NCBI GenBank assembly: GCA_964016885.1
Contig: OZ024743.1
Coordinates: 269,700,001 to 269,764,000, forward strand
Length of the DNA stretch: 64,000 nt
Origin: Eledone cirrhosa
Taxonomy: Eukaryota
Reading direction: 5' to 3'
The translations under genes were made by a program, and so were the position numbers. Positions 41,505 to 56,124 of this stretch are shown in pieces. Below the pieces are notes generated by a model. The model was given only the letters and a program-made list of their open reading frames with translations. It was not told where the DNA came from and ran no database searches. Positions within the stretch are counted from its first letter, which is position 1; every line of letters begins with the position of its first letter.

Positions 41505-41965
41505 AGGGTCATATAGTTATAATATTGCTAGAAATATATAATAAAACACACTCACTGTTTGGTTTGAGTTGGTTTTCACTTCCATATATTTTATAGCCCT
41601 ATAGGTAAATTGACTGGCAATCAATGTTTTGCCAGGAAGAGGCAAAGAGACCCACCCACACACAACTACAATACTATTATTTAATTTTTATATCGAATAA
41701 ATCATTTTTTTTTTTAATTTCCTCTCTATTTCTGTGATTGCAATTGACCGTAAAATTGTAAAGTCAAAATACGGATTATAGAATATATTAAAAATGCCTT
41801 ACCTTCTCCAATAAAAAAAGGTCTTCGGAAATATATACAACCGCAATATATATATATAGCACCTCGTCCCTCAGGTACCACTGGTTCACTGCCCTAAACA
41901 CGGTGTGACATCTCTCTGCCGCATGTAGCTGGATTCTCTTCGAGTTGTCTGGGATGTATAGTCTT

Positions 41966-42047
41966 GCACGCGCTGATGAACCATAGGCTATTCCATTTCA
42001 GTCAACAACTTCTTGGAGAAATTATCTCTTTGGATTTGTACGCGTGT
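41966..42047 (+). ncRNA. Type I HHR (F7, diverged copy) in element ~41858-42125
   Basis: gcacgcg-CTGATGA-acca...tgga-GAAA...tt-GTA-cgcgtgt. Confidence 0.75.
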
Positions 42048-42138
42048 GTTATATAGTTATAGAGGTACGTATATACATTTTAATTTATATTTTTTATTAT
42101 TGTGTTTCTACCCTGCTTTCCATAGTATATATATATAA

Positions 42139-42175
<37 letters not shown>

Positions 42176-42225
42176 ATTTATATATATATACTATGGAAAG
42201 CAGGGTAGAAACACAATAATTAGGA

Positions 42226-42276
42226 AGCTTCCTGATAATTTCTCACGAATGAAACAGTTTTAGTCCTGTAGAAGCT
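42226..42276 (+). ncRNA. Type I HHR (F5 copy 2; CTGATAA core)
   Basis: agcttc-CTGATAA-tttc tcac gaat-GAAA-cag..ct-GTA-gaagct. Confidence 0.7.
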
Positions 42277-42507
42277 CTTCTATATTAAAACTTTTATACA
42301 CTGCTATGTATTGAGTACCTTACTTACTGTGGTTACCTCCGATTCAACGCGGAATAACTTAAATATAATATATATATATTTATGTATACATATATATATG
42401 AGGATATGCGTGTATGTGTTTGTGTGTGCATGTGTTTGTGTGTGTGCATGTGTGTGTGTGTGAGTGTTGGTGTATGTATATATATATATATATATGTCTC
42501 TCTGTGA

Positions 42508-42609
<102 letters not shown>

Positions 42610-42803
42610 AATGTTAAGTAGATGGACATAAAGATATAAATATGTTGCCGAAATAACAAGAAAGCCTAGAAAACGCTTGTGAAGCAAATGTCATCTGGTT
42701 GTTGACTTCAGCTCTAATTACTCAGCTGTGGCTGCTGTGGCAGTTTGATTATCTCCATTATTTTGGCACCACCACTGCCATTACTATACACCCACATAAC
42801 CAT

Positions 42804-42894
<91 letters not shown>

Positions 42895-42949
42895 CATATA
42901 TATATATATATTTGTATATATATATATACTGTATATATATATATATGTG

Positions 42950-42999
<50 letters not shown>

Positions 43000-43078
43000 A
43001 AAGATGGTTATGTGGGTGTATAGTAATGGCAGTGGTGGTGCCAAAATAATGGAGATAATATATATATATATATATACT

Positions 43079-43139
<61 letters not shown>

Positions 43140-43899
43140 TCACACACACACACACAAATAAATATATATGCGCGTGTGTGTGTGTGCGCGCGTAAAGTAA
43201 ACGGAAATAATAAAGCAAAAATACAATGCAATGAAGAAATATTTTAGTTTAACGCTCGATATTGTAGGAAAATAATCTTAACTTTTCGGACACTAATCCT
43301 TTATCAGAGGATAGAATTGTAAATTGGCTGTGTTCAGTCATGGTGAGGAGATGTTCCTTCCTCCTGTCGAGGTCGATACAAAAGTATCAGTCTGGTGTCA
43401 ATTTTTCTTCTATATCGTTTCTTACTTTCTCTCTCTCACATCATCTATCTTCTTTTCTGGAAGAAATTGGCTGCGTTCAGACCTGGAGAAGAGATTGTTT
43501 TCGCCAGATGGAAAATACCCAAGGAGCACTATATGTCGACGTCACAACGTCTCTAACAATGCCCAAGGATTTATGGGTTAAGAAAGTATAATATCATCTA
43601 ACATCATACAAGATGAGAATCGTGTATAATTTTGTAGGCAGCAGTACTTAGACATTTTTTCTGATATTGCGTCAAATTTGAGGATATTAATAGCAATTGC
43701 GTATAGCGTAAATGTTCAGGGTTTTCAAGATTTGTGATAAGAAGGGCTGAGGGCTGGACCTGCGCCGGTTCTGAACACAAATGATTTACTTATTAGAATA
43801 ACTAAACAGCCTCACGTGAAATCAACGTATACCACAGATAGCTAGTTCGACTGAAATGAGAAGTGTTCATATTTTTTAACATCTAATGTGGTTGCATTA

Positions 43900-44223
43900 T
43901 ATCGGGGTCGATAAAATAAAGTACCAGTAATGCACTGGGTAATTGCTGGCCTTGTAGAAACAATTATTATGGATTGGTAGAGGGTGGGACGCCATGCTTT
44001 CCAGCATAGTTACGTCCCTTTACGATCTGAGTTCAAATCCCACCGAGGTTGACTTTGCCTTTCATCCTTACGGGGTCGATAAAATAAAGTACCAGTAATG
44101 CACTGGGTAATTGCTGGCCTTGTGCCAAAAGTAGAAACAATTATATCCTTACGGGGTCGATAAAATAAAGTACCAGTAATGCACTGGGTAATTGCTGGCC
44201 TTGTGCCAAATGTAGAAACAATT
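43900..44223 (+). mobile_element. SINE with triplicated 3' core
   Basis: ggggtcgataaaataaagtaccagtaatgcactgggtaattgctggcc occurs three times. Confidence 0.85.
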
Positions 44224-44330
44224 AAATGAAACATACACACTCACATTCGTACATAAAACATACACACACGCGCGCCCGCACACGCACACACATACACACA
44301 TATACATATACATACATGTACAACTTGTGA

Positions 44331-44366
<36 letters not shown>

Positions 44367-44369
<3 letters not shown>

Positions 44370-45147
44370 TTATTTACGCTTTAATTTATATTTTTAATTA
44401 TCGTGTCTATAGTCTGCCTTTCATAGGTTATAGATTCCATACACTGGTGGTTTTTTCCCTGTATTATTGATAACGCACTATATATCTCTCTCTGGTGTGT
44501 TACCTTCTCAACATATTATATTTTAAAGGGCTCAGGATCTTTTCCCCTTTGAGCACATTATTTACAGGGAATAACGACGGCCTATGCCTCCGTTAATTTA
44601 TCGTGATATTTCGCTCCTAACAACAGCCTTTCCTATCTCTGTTAGGTTGAGCACTCTTCTCTGAGTGGCTTTGGGCTGCCCTTTCTAGCAGTTCGTCTCT
44701 CAGAGGCCACTGGTTCACTGCCCTTAAACACGCTGTGACTTCTCTCTCCCACGTGTAGCTGGACAGTCAATTGTAAAATTCTCTTAGTGTTGTCTGAAAT
44801 GTATAGCCTTACACACGCTGATGAACCGAGACTACCATTTCTTTCAACAATTTTTCTGGTGAAACATATCTTTGGATTTGTACGTGTGTTATATAGTTAT
44901 AGAGGTATTTATTTACGCTTTAATTTATATTTTTAATTATCGTGTCTATACTCTGCCTTTCATAGGTTATAGATTCCATACACTGGTGGTTTTTTCCCTG
45001 TATTATTGATAACGCACTATATATCTCTCTCTGGTGTGTTACCTTCTCAACATATTATATTTTAAAGGGCTCAGGATCTCTTCCCCTTTGAGCACATTAT
45101 TTACAGGGAATAACGACGGCCTATGCCTCCGTTAATTTATCGTGATA
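44367..45147 (+). mobile_element. Retrozyme-like HHR element F7: 539-bp monomer plus ~240-bp direct repeat
   Basis: 44367-44609 repeats at 44906-45147 almost perfectly; (TA)n on both sides. Confidence 0.85.
44811..44889 (+). ncRNA. Type I hammerhead ribozyme (F7)
   Basis: acacacg-CTGATGA-acc...ggt-GAAA-ca...t-GTA-cgtgtgt; 7-bp stem I. Confidence 0.88.
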
Positions 45148-45317
45148 TATATATATATATATATTTAAACATATATATATATATATATATTTTAACATAT
45201 ATATATACACAGAGAGAGAGAGGGAGAGAGGGAGGGGGGAAGAGAGAGAAGTGAGTAGAGACGGATAGACAAACACGGCTATATATACAAACGTATCATT
45301 TCCCCCCTCTCTGTCTG

Positions 45318-45410
<93 letters not shown>

Positions 45411-45487
45411 ATCCATAAAACCGTTCATCTGTTTATGTATATGTTTGACTATCTGTTATACACACACACACACACAGACACACACAT

Positions 45488-45562
<75 letters not shown>

Positions 45563-45982
45563 TGAACATATATGCATACGTACAAACATACACACATACT
45601 TACATATACACTAAATGTATGTGTTGTAAACAGATCTATTGTACCTGACACCTTATGGATAATTTGGACATCAGCAGAAGTGGATTGGGTGGAATCTGAG
45701 TAGTATATTGCCCGAAATGGGAGCTAATCTAGCGCAAACACATGCCTACCCAGGCAGAAACACAATAGCTGATTTTTCTTTTATATAATAAGCAATCTCC
45801 TCTATGTATGTATATGTATGTATTTATATATGTTTATGTATGTATTTATGTATGTATGTATGTATGTATGTATGTATGGGTGTATGTATGTGTGCGTGCA
45901 TGTTTGTATGTATGTATGTATGCATATGTGTATGTATGTATGTATGTATGTATGTATGTATGTATGTATGTATGTATGTATG

Positions 45983-47567
45983 TTCTTCTGGTTTTATAAT
46001 TTCACAAAGTTTTACCAATAGAGAGAGAATCGGTTTCTAACATAGACACAAGACTCTCTCATTGGAATTTACACAACATCAACTAGGTAGATATGTATGT
46101 ATGCATGCCTGTGTAGATATGGATGTTATTGTATGTGTGGATATATATGTTTTGAGTTGTATGTGTGCATGTGTATATGCTTTGCATCTGTACATGTGTA
46201 TATGCAGTTATTAGATGCAACATTTTTGGAATGTTTTACATATTTTTACTGTTCCATTGATGGATTGTACTTGTAATTTCCTAACTAGTTGTGTTCTTTC
46301 TGTTCCTGTGAAGCCTAGCTTCTCAAGATTTGTATTGAGGCAGTTACTAACATACCCCAGTGCATAAATCTGAAGGCGTAATTAGGGTGGAGTATCTGCA
46401 GATTTCTCATCAGTTCTGCATAACTATTCTCCTTTTCACTAATCTTTGATATTATATTGGCATCTGCTGGGTAGCTAATTTCCACTACTGTGCATGCTTT
46501 CTTCTCCCTGTCCCATATCATAATATTTGGTCTGTTATGCCTGTATTTTATTGGGGTTTTTACTGGAACATTCCACCAGTACTCTTTCATATTATGTACA
46601 TGGATGTCTTCCACATTGTTGTAGCTTTTAATGTGTTTATTATCGGGGCTATCTTTTTTACGAACTGCATTGTACAGTGTTTTGGCGACTACATCATGCC
46701 TCATAGGTAGATAGTACCGCGATGACATCTTTGGACAGCTGCTGATGACATGGGTGATATCTTCGATGTTAGTTCTGCAGAGTCTACACTTGTTATCACA
46801 TCTAGGTGTTTTGCCTGCATCCCTATCTCTTTTGTGAATTAGGTATTTCGTGCTAATCTCCTGTTCCTGGATTGCAAAAGTGTATCCTTCAAAGTGGGAG
46901 CCAATATAGCGGTTGTTGGTCCAAGATAGACTACTTTCCTTATCTATATTACCCTCACTCTGAAGCTTCCTGGCAACATATCCATGCATGATTTTTTGCT
47001 GATAGACATGCAGTTTTTCATCCATGGATTGATTGCGATACTGCTGAGCGACATCCCTGGGTGTGAGTTTTTGATTATCACACAGAGAATATCTCTCAAG
47101 GAGTTCCTTCCCAACTTTCATGATCTTATCTGTTTCATGCAGATAGACTTGCTCGAGAAACGGACTCCTACGCTTCGAGGTTCGTAGATGTTGTCGGAGA
47201 GATATGATGCGACATTCAAATGTTGTCTGGACTGATGTTAGCCCCCCCCCCCCCGCTTACGTTTCAAGTCACTGTTGATGTGGAAGTTTCCGGTGTTGTT
47301 CAGTATTTTTCGAGTTCCAACATCAATTGCTCGGATTTCGTCTATCGTCCAATTGAGTATTCCAAACGTTGGTGTTAGGACAGGCACAGCAAACACATTG
47401 TGAGCCACTGTTTTGTTTTGCGCAGAGAGTTCCGATGACCAGATCTTTCTTAATCGGGTGTAGTATTCCCTGGTTACGCGTTCTTTATTACAGATACCAT
47501 TATAGGATATGTTCTCATCTATCCCCAGGTATCTGTAGCAGTCCTCATCAGATATCGGTGAAACATT
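45983..47567 (-). mobile_element. 5'-truncated R4/Dong-like non-LTR retrotransposon (CCHC + restriction-like endonuclease)
   Basis: ORF 46315-47121: AIQEQEISTK, CRLC..EDITHVISSC..Y..RHDVVA, HNRPNIMIWD..VVEISYP..K; flanked by (TGTA)n. Confidence 0.85.
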
Positions 47568-47662
47568 TATGTATGTATGTATGTATGTATGTATGTATGT
47601 ATGTATGTATGTATGTATGTATGTATGTATGTATGTATGTATGGATGGATGTATGTCTATAT

Positions 47663-48272
47663 GTCAGGTCACCACTTGGTGCTACTGGTAACATGTATCC
47701 CAGTACAACCTGTCTCATGGTCGGGTCGTTGGCGACTAAACTGGCAACCCCACTAAGGTTTCTTGGTGAGGAGGGTGACTTTGGACATCCTGCAGGACTA
47801 AAAACAAAACCTGTCAAAGGGCAAAGGAGCTCTTAAGAGTCAATGGCCATCCAAAATCACTGGGAGAGATGACCCCTTAGCCTTTGTCAAGGCAGAATTC
47901 TAGGAGAAGGAAAACTCTGATATAACACCTGCAACCCTGATGGTATCCAATGATGTTGACTTGTTCTTCTTTTTGGTAAATATGATCTTGGTTAAGAGAG
48001 TGGGACTGGCTTTGTGCAGTGCCTTTGCTCACTATAAAAGCTTCACGGCACAGGCATTGCTTTATATCTGGAGATCTCTCTGCACTTGCCGTCACATGGT
48101 ACCATGGGCCCAGCACTATGTGTCAATAATTGTCACAAGTGTAGTGTTTGTACCAGAGTTTTCAAGTCGCTGGCTGGACTAAAAAGTCACACTCGTTCAG
48201 CGCATCGGTAGGGGTTCTCCTACATGGATATAAAGTAGTGGCCGTACTCGAAAACGAGTTGGCAGCCACCAT
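47663..48272 (+). mobile_element. Bipartite non-autonomous RTE derivative, copy 3
   Basis: Near-identical to 27916-28521; in (TGTA)n. Confidence 0.85.
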
Positions 48273-48325
48273 GTATGTATGTATGTACGTATGTATGTAT
48301 GTATGTATGTATGTATGTATGTATG

Positions 48326-48356
<31 letters not shown>

Positions 48357-48357
48357 G

Positions 48358-48762
48358 GATGACCCCTTAGCCTTTGTCAAGGCAGAATTCTAGGAGAAGG
48401 AAAACTCTGATATAACACCTGCAACCCTGATGGTATCCAATGATGTTGACTTGTTCTTCTTTTTGGTAAATATCATCTTGGTTAAGAGAGTGGGACTGGC
48501 TTTGTGCAGTGCCTTTGCTCACTATAAAAGCTTCACGGCACAGGCATTGCTTTATATCTGGAGATCTCTCTGCACTTGTCGTTACATGGTACCATGGGCC
48601 CAGCACTATGTGTCAATAATTGTCACAAGTGTAGTGTTTGTACCAGAGTTTTCAAGTCGCTGGCTGGACTAAAAAGTCACACTCGTTCAGCGCATCAGGA
48701 GGGGTTCTCCTACATGGATATAAAGTAGTGGACGTACTCGAAAACGAGTTGGCAGCCACCAT
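48358..48762 (+). mobile_element. Bipartite RTE derivative, copy 4 (5'-truncated, head-to-tail with copy 3)
   Basis: Starts at gatgaccccttag; same 3' end and (TGTA)n tail. Confidence 0.85.
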
Positions 48763-48819
48763 GTATGTATGTATGTATGTATGTATGTATGTATGTATGT
48801 ATGTATGTATGTATGTATG

Positions 48820-48850
<31 letters not shown>

Positions 48851-49101
48851 GTATGTATGTAAGTATGTATGTATGTACGTATATAGGTATGTATGCTGGT
48901 ATGTTTATATGTACGCGTGTATACACGCTAGTATGTATATGTACATGTATGTATATATGTATGAATTTATATATGTATTTTATCGGTATGAATATGAATT
49001 TATATTTTGTGTATATGGAATTCGATGGTTTCGAATCAGTTGTAGGTATGCATATCTGCCTTCCTGTTTGTCTGTCAGTCGTTTTGTCAATCAATTTGCC
49101 A

Positions 49102-49157
<56 letters not shown>

Positions 49158-49214
49158 CCCTCTTTCTTTCTCCGCCCCCCCCCCCCCCTCTCTATGTATG
49201 CATGTATGTATATT

Positions 49215-50085
49215 TTGTCTCTTTCTCTTAATTTCGAGTGTACTTTTAACCGGCAATCTTTCTGTCATCAAGTTTGTATAGAAAAGAACACTTTCTTCAT
49301 CCATTGCACAATCGATCAACTATCGAATTTTAAGAATGTTTTACAGATTTTTAATATTGCAGATACTGTAGCCATTTGTAGCTTATTTGTAGCAATTCAG
49401 GAGCAACATTCTTTCACCAAGAATTTCAATCATACTTTGATCCAGGTTGGTTAGTACAGATCCTGTATATCTAAAAATAATAGTTATGAAATTGAACATG
49501 TCGTTTAGGTACTGGATCTGCAAACACTTCATCAATGGTCGATAGACATCCTCCTTTCCTTGTATTATACGTACTAGATTAATATTGAGTAGGCAGCTGA
49601 CTTCTATAACAGAGCATATTTACAATATTTGGTCCCAAACAAAAATATCACGCCGGTGTGATTTAATTTGGTAGCGGTATGTATGTATGTTTCTCTCTCT
49701 CTTAATTTCAAGTACATTTTTGACCGGCCACCTTCCTGGTGGCAAGGTTGTAAAAGAAAAGAAATTGTCATCCCTTGAATCGCAAGAATGTTTTGCAAAT
49801 TTTGAAGGTGCCAGCTATCGCAGCCATTTGTAGTCTACGAATTAGGGAGTTGCGTTCTTTGTCCACAAATCCAAGTTCAGTTATACTTTGGTTCAAGCGG
49901 GCTAGTATATAACCAGTAGCTCCAATAAGGTAAGTATGTATCTATGTACATATGTAAGTATGTATGTATACATCCCTCTCTTATTTTTGATTTTGACCGG
50001 CCACATACCAGTTGGTAAGATTGTAAAGACGAGAACATTTCCGTCGTGTCTCCAGTGCGATCGTTCATCCGAGATTCAAATATTT
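49215..50085 (-). mobile_element. Stacked 3' fragments of R4/Dong-like LINEs
   Basis: Repeated 3' UTR ..ccggtcaaaa..aattaagagagag-(CATA)n; 49690-49930 matches 30610-30850. Confidence 0.7.
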
Positions 50086-50089
50086 GATA

Positions 50090-50123
<34 letters not shown>

Positions 50124-50124
<1 letters not shown>

Positions 50125-51093
50125 TAGCAGCAGGACCCGGCGTTGCACGGGGTAGGAAACGTGAAATAGCTACACGCATATGCAAAGATTGAGGAATGTA
50201 GCTGTGTACTTTTTGAATTCCCTTATTCTCAGGGAATGATTGTTCATCTACTGAAAACGTAGAACACCAGCAGGCCGAATCGTGAAACATCGGCATGCTT
50301 GTGCAAAATCTGAAGAAATTCAGCTGGATTCTTGGGTGGCACTGGTTGCACTGCGTTTACACAGCAACAAAGGTGCGACAAAAGGGGCCACCGCGGAATT
50401 AGCACAACCGTTGTTCGGCGTACTTGCGCAGGGCGTTCATACTGCGGTGTAGGTGCAACAAAAGGGGTCTTAGTAGAAGTAGCACAGACGTGAGTTTTAC
50501 GGTGCCAATAACACAACAACGTACATAGGGTCCGGATTTGCGCGTGGTGACAGCACGAAGCGTCAACAGGGCGCCGAGAAAAATGTTAAGGTCCTCTTCA
50601 TTTCCTCAATCCCCCGAATATGGTCCTGCTTAAAAGTAAGTAAGTATTGTGTCCTCTGTTAAATAAACCGAAATTTTAATGAAATAGTATACGCTACTTA
50701 GGATGTTTAAGTAGCTTCTATATTGAAAATGAAAATGGCATGTGATGTCCAATGCTAATTCGTAAATTTCCTAGAAACCACCAATGGAGTCGGAAATGTT
50801 TTCTGTCCACAGCAATGCGAGGGGACTAATTAATGTGTGCTGCAAATTTCGAGGAAATCGGCTGGAATATCTTTAAGTTACGCCTCAAAAAAGCCTAAAA
50901 ATGCCTAAAAATGCGATTTTTCGCCTAATGCGGGGCCCTAGGGCAGAAAAAAGTGAAATTTTCTTAGCCCATTGTACTTCAAGAAATATAAGTAACGCAT
51001 GCGTAATGTTTGAAAATCGGTCGGGTACTTCTCGATTATTAGGGATTTACACAGACAGAGAGATCTCCTCTGTTTTATATATATACAAATAGA
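50124..51093 (-). mobile_element. Complete non-autonomous Helitron (~970 bp)
   Basis: 5' A|TCTATT at 51093; 3' hairpin accccgtgcaacgccgggt and CTAG|T at 50124. Confidence 0.8.
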
Positions 51094-51200
51094 TGTGAGA
51101 GAGAGAAAGTATAGATGATATGAGAGAAAGTAAGAAACGATATAGAAGAAAATTTGACACCAGACTGATACTTTTTTATCGACCTCGACAGGAAGAAAGA

Positions 51201-51250
<50 letters not shown>

Positions 51251-51799
51251 TACATTATATTATATTATATAACTTTGCCTTTCATCCTTACGGGGTCGAT
51301 AAAATAAAGTACCAGTAATGTACTGGGTAATTTGCTGGCCTTGTGCCAAAAAGTAGAAACAATTATATTATATTTTTGATGAAGGACTAGCATTCTTTCA
51401 TTTCTTGTGATTGCGATTGAATGAAACAGTGATAGTCCTGTAGAAGTCATTTCTATCTGAAATAGATGTTGTGCCCGCTCTAAATGTATTTAGTACTTTA
51501 TTCTTTTTACACTACGTCACACTCATCGGTATATGTACACCTATGATAGAGTGTTTGATCTATATAGATATGTATAGATCTATATATGTATTCCATTGCT
51601 ACATTGAATGATATACTTACATATATACTACACATGTGCCTACATTTACATGACACCTACACCTATCTACATGGCTACATATGCTCTGAAGCGGATGAGC
51701 AACAACAACTAACACTATGACAACTACGGCTGACGTTGAAGAGGAAGATTGTAATGACGACTACCAATGTTCTCGTGACCCCGACCTAAATCACATCAA

Positions 51800-53650
51800 T
51801 ACCATCGCCAACACAATCACTAACACTTCCATCACCGACAGTAACACAACAACCAGCACCACCGACACAATCAACAACACTTCCATTACCTAACAACAGC
51901 ATAACAGACACAACAACCACAAACACCAACACCAAATCTTGAACCGCACAACGACAAGAAATACAAAATCAGTATAAGAACCACAAACAAAGAAAATAAC
52001 CAACAATACCATCACCATCACCAGCACCAGCACCACTACCAGCACCACAGACACCACTACCATCACAATCACCACCATCATCACCACAATCACCACCATC
52101 ATCACCCCAATCACCACCATCATCACCACAATCACCACCATCATCACCACAATCACCACCAGCACCACCACTACTACCACCACCACCACAGCCACCACTA
52201 CTATCACAATCACCGCCATCATCACCACCACCACCACCTCCACCACCACCACCACCACCACCACCACCACCACCACCACCACAGCCACCACTACCATCAC
52301 AATCACCGCCATCATCACCACCACCACAAATAACACCACCACCACAACCACCACTACCATCACCACCACCACCAATAACACCACCACAACCACCACTACC
52401 ACCACAACCACCGCCATCATTACCAACCACCACCACAACCACCACCAATAACACCACCACAGCCACCACCACCACCACCACCACCACCACCACCACCACC
52501 ACCACCACCACCACCACCACAGCCACCACTACCATCACAATCACCGCCATCATCACCACCACCACCACCACCACCACCACCACCACCACCACCACAGCCA
52601 CCACTACCATCACAATCACCGCCATCATCACCGCCACCACAAATAACACCACCACCACAACCACCACTACCATCACCACCACCACCAATAACACCACCAC
52701 AACCACCACTACCACCACAACCACCGCCATCATTACCAACCACCACCACAACCACCACCAATAACACCACCACAACCACCACTACCACCACAACCACCAC
52801 TACCACCACAACCACCACCAATAACACCACCACAACCACCACAACCACCGCCATCACCACCACCACCAATAATGCCACCACCACAACCACCACTACCGCC
52901 ACAACCACCGCCATCATTACCACCACCAATAATACCACCACCACCACAACCACCACTACCACCACAACCACCACCAATAACACCACCACAACCACCACAA
53001 CCACCGCCATCACCACCACCACCAATAACACCACCACAACCACCACTACCGCCACAACCACCGCCATCATTACCACCACCAATAATACCACCACCACAGC
53101 CACCACTACCATCACCACCACCGCCATCATTACCACCACCAATAATACCACCACCACAACCACCACTACCACCACAACCACCACCAATAAGACCACCACA
53201 GCCACCACTACCACCACAACCACCGCCATCATTACCACCACCAATAATACCACCACCACAACCACCACAACCACCGCCATCATTACCACCACCAATAACA
53301 CCACCACCACAACCACCACTACCATCACGACCACCACCAATAACACCACCACAACCACCACTACCACCACAACCACCGCCATCATTACCACCACCAATAA
53401 CACCACCACCACAACCACCACTACCATCACCACCACCACCACCAATAACACCACCACAGCCACCACTACCACCACAACCACCGCCATCATTACTACCACC
53501 AATAATACCACCACCACAACCACCACTACCATCACAACCACCACCAATAACACCACCACAACCACCACTACCACCACCACTACCACCACCAATAACACCA
53601 CCACCACCACCACCACCACCACCAACACCAAGAACAACAACTACAACACC
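51800..53650. repeat. Degenerate (ACC)n array with higher-order units
   Basis: accacc with recurring accaataac/ccgccatcatt variants; the poly-P and poly-V ORFs are repeat translations. Confidence 0.9.
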
Positions 53651-54026
53651 TACCGATGTTTATAACTCTATTCGATCAAGAAGAGCTCACCATCAAATTA
53701 GCGTTCATAAAAACCCCGGGAGCACATGAAGGGAGCAGGTAAAAGGGAGAGAGGAGTCACAACAGATACTTCACTGCCGTAAGGGGATGAGGGGTCAGAG
53801 AAGATACTTCGCTGCCGTAATGTAGTTTAAATTTCACCCAGAAACCACAACGGCACGCATATGTTGAAGTATGTCTTTGCACGCAACGTTTCTTCGGCCC
53901 AATTAGGCTCACGGAAATTTCTTGAACCAACGGTTTTTATCACTGTTGGTTCTACTTATATTTTATGTATGTTTGCGTGTGTGCGTGTGTGTGTTCGTGG
54001 TGTCTGTGTGTCTGTGTGTGTATGTG

Positions 54027-54115
<89 letters not shown>

Positions 54116-54456
54116 ATAAGTGTGCGTCAATATACGTATATTGTATACGTCAATGTACGTACATATGCATGTATATATGTATGCATATATATGTGTATTT
54201 ATGCGTGTAATTATGTATACAAGAATATATGTATTCATGTATGTATGTATGTATGTATATATGTATGTAAGTATATATGTATATATGCATGTATGTATGT
54301 ATATATGTGTATATATGTTAATTTGATGATAACCAGTGTGAAAAGCGACTCCACCGATGAAAATGAGATCTAAGTAAATACATACACATTCACAATAACA
54401 CACGCACATACACAACCACACCACACACTTATGTATCTATATATCTATATCCCCCC

Positions 54457-54511
<55 letters not shown>

Positions 54512-54670
54512 AAAATGTGTGAGATCCTTATTACAGTTAGGTATATTTGGAAAAAAGGAAAAGAATGACTTCACTTGTAATTCTAAATAATTTGATTTAA
54601 TTTGATTTAATTTTATAATATTATAAGTTGGTAGATCTACCAACTTATATATATGTAAACACACACACAC

Positions 54671-54795
<125 letters not shown>

Positions 54796-55250
54796 TCGTG
54801 TGTGAGAGTATGCGTGCTAGTGAATGTTTTTCCTTCTCTTGTACTTTGGTTATTAGATTGACACCAAGTGGGTATCTCACTTCTACAAAAGACCATTTTT
54901 TTTCAACCTCTCCTCCCCAAACACCAGTATTAGCCGGTTTTTAAAAAATTTGGTGGAGATTCTTATTCTTAACTTTCACAAATATTCTTTTAATCCATTA
55001 TGTACGTGAGTATGTTGCATGCATATGGGTGTGTGTGTATGCATATATGCATATATGCATATATGAATGTATATATGTATGTACGCAATCATGTCGGGTC
55101 ACTCTTGAGTGCTATTGGTAACATGTAACCAAGTACAGCAACCTCACCATGCTTACTTGGTGAGGAGGGTGATTTGGACACTCTGCAAGAGAAAAAAACA
55201 AAATCTGACAAATGGCGGAAGAATTCATAAGGCCATCCAAAAATGTGTAA

Positions 55251-55295
<45 letters not shown>

Positions 55296-55487
55296 AACAA
55301 AAGATGGTTAAAAGAGTTCCATGTATTTTATTATGCGCATTTCAAAAACAAATATCATCATGCAATAATATTTGTGTTTTCATCAGATAAAACAGGAAGA
55401 CATGATATGAAGGTTAAAAAACACTTGTGGATAGTTCAGTTTTAAATCAACATATTGCTTTATTGTACTACAATAAAACTCACCTCC

Positions 55488-55523
<36 letters not shown>

Positions 55524-55582
55524 TGTGTATACATGTATATATATATATATATGTGTATATACATGTATGCATGTGTATGTCT

Positions 55583-55917
55583 ATGCGCGGGGACATAGAA
55601 ATAATCGGGATATCCGATACCTGAGTGTGAACTGGGAGTGAAGGACCCCTAGTCTTTGTCAGGGCATTCTTCTAGGAAACTGGGATGACTCCGACATAAA
55701 ACCTGCGGTTCGGTAGTTACCGATGATGTTGATCTTTTCTTCTTTGCGGGTTATAGCTACTGTCGCTCAGAGAGTGAGATTGGCTCAGTGCACAGTCATT
55801 TCTCACTTTAAAAGAAATGTTCATGGACAGGCATTTCACAATAGCATTAATTGATAATTATTAATAATATTGTATCGTGCAATGGCCATACTCGATAACG
55901 AGGGGGCAGCCATCATT
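55583..55917 (+). mobile_element. Older bipartite RTE derivative (5' UTR joined to 3' tail)
   Basis: Matches the reverse complement of 25720-26020, then tcgtgcaatggccatactcgataacgagggggcagccatcat. Confidence 0.7.
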
Positions 55918-56124
55918 TATGTATGTACGTAATCATGTATATATGTTTGAGTGTTTGAGTCTTTGTAGGTAAATGTACATATGCATGCTTGTAAGCCTGT
56001 ATGTGCATATGTATGTATGCATGTGGGTGAGTGTATGTATATGCATGAATGTATGCATATGTGTATGTATACATCTATGTGTTTGTTTACGTATGTAAGT
56101 ATGTATATATTCTCTTTTTTACGC

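Noticed and set aside
47663-47860. HDV-like ribozyme at the RTE 5' end
   Set aside because: I could not assign P1/P3/P1.1 consistently by eye.
51890-53729. Proline-rich extensin-like and poly-Val ORFs
   Set aside because: Degenerate (ACC)n repeat open in multiple frames; no supporting gene structure.
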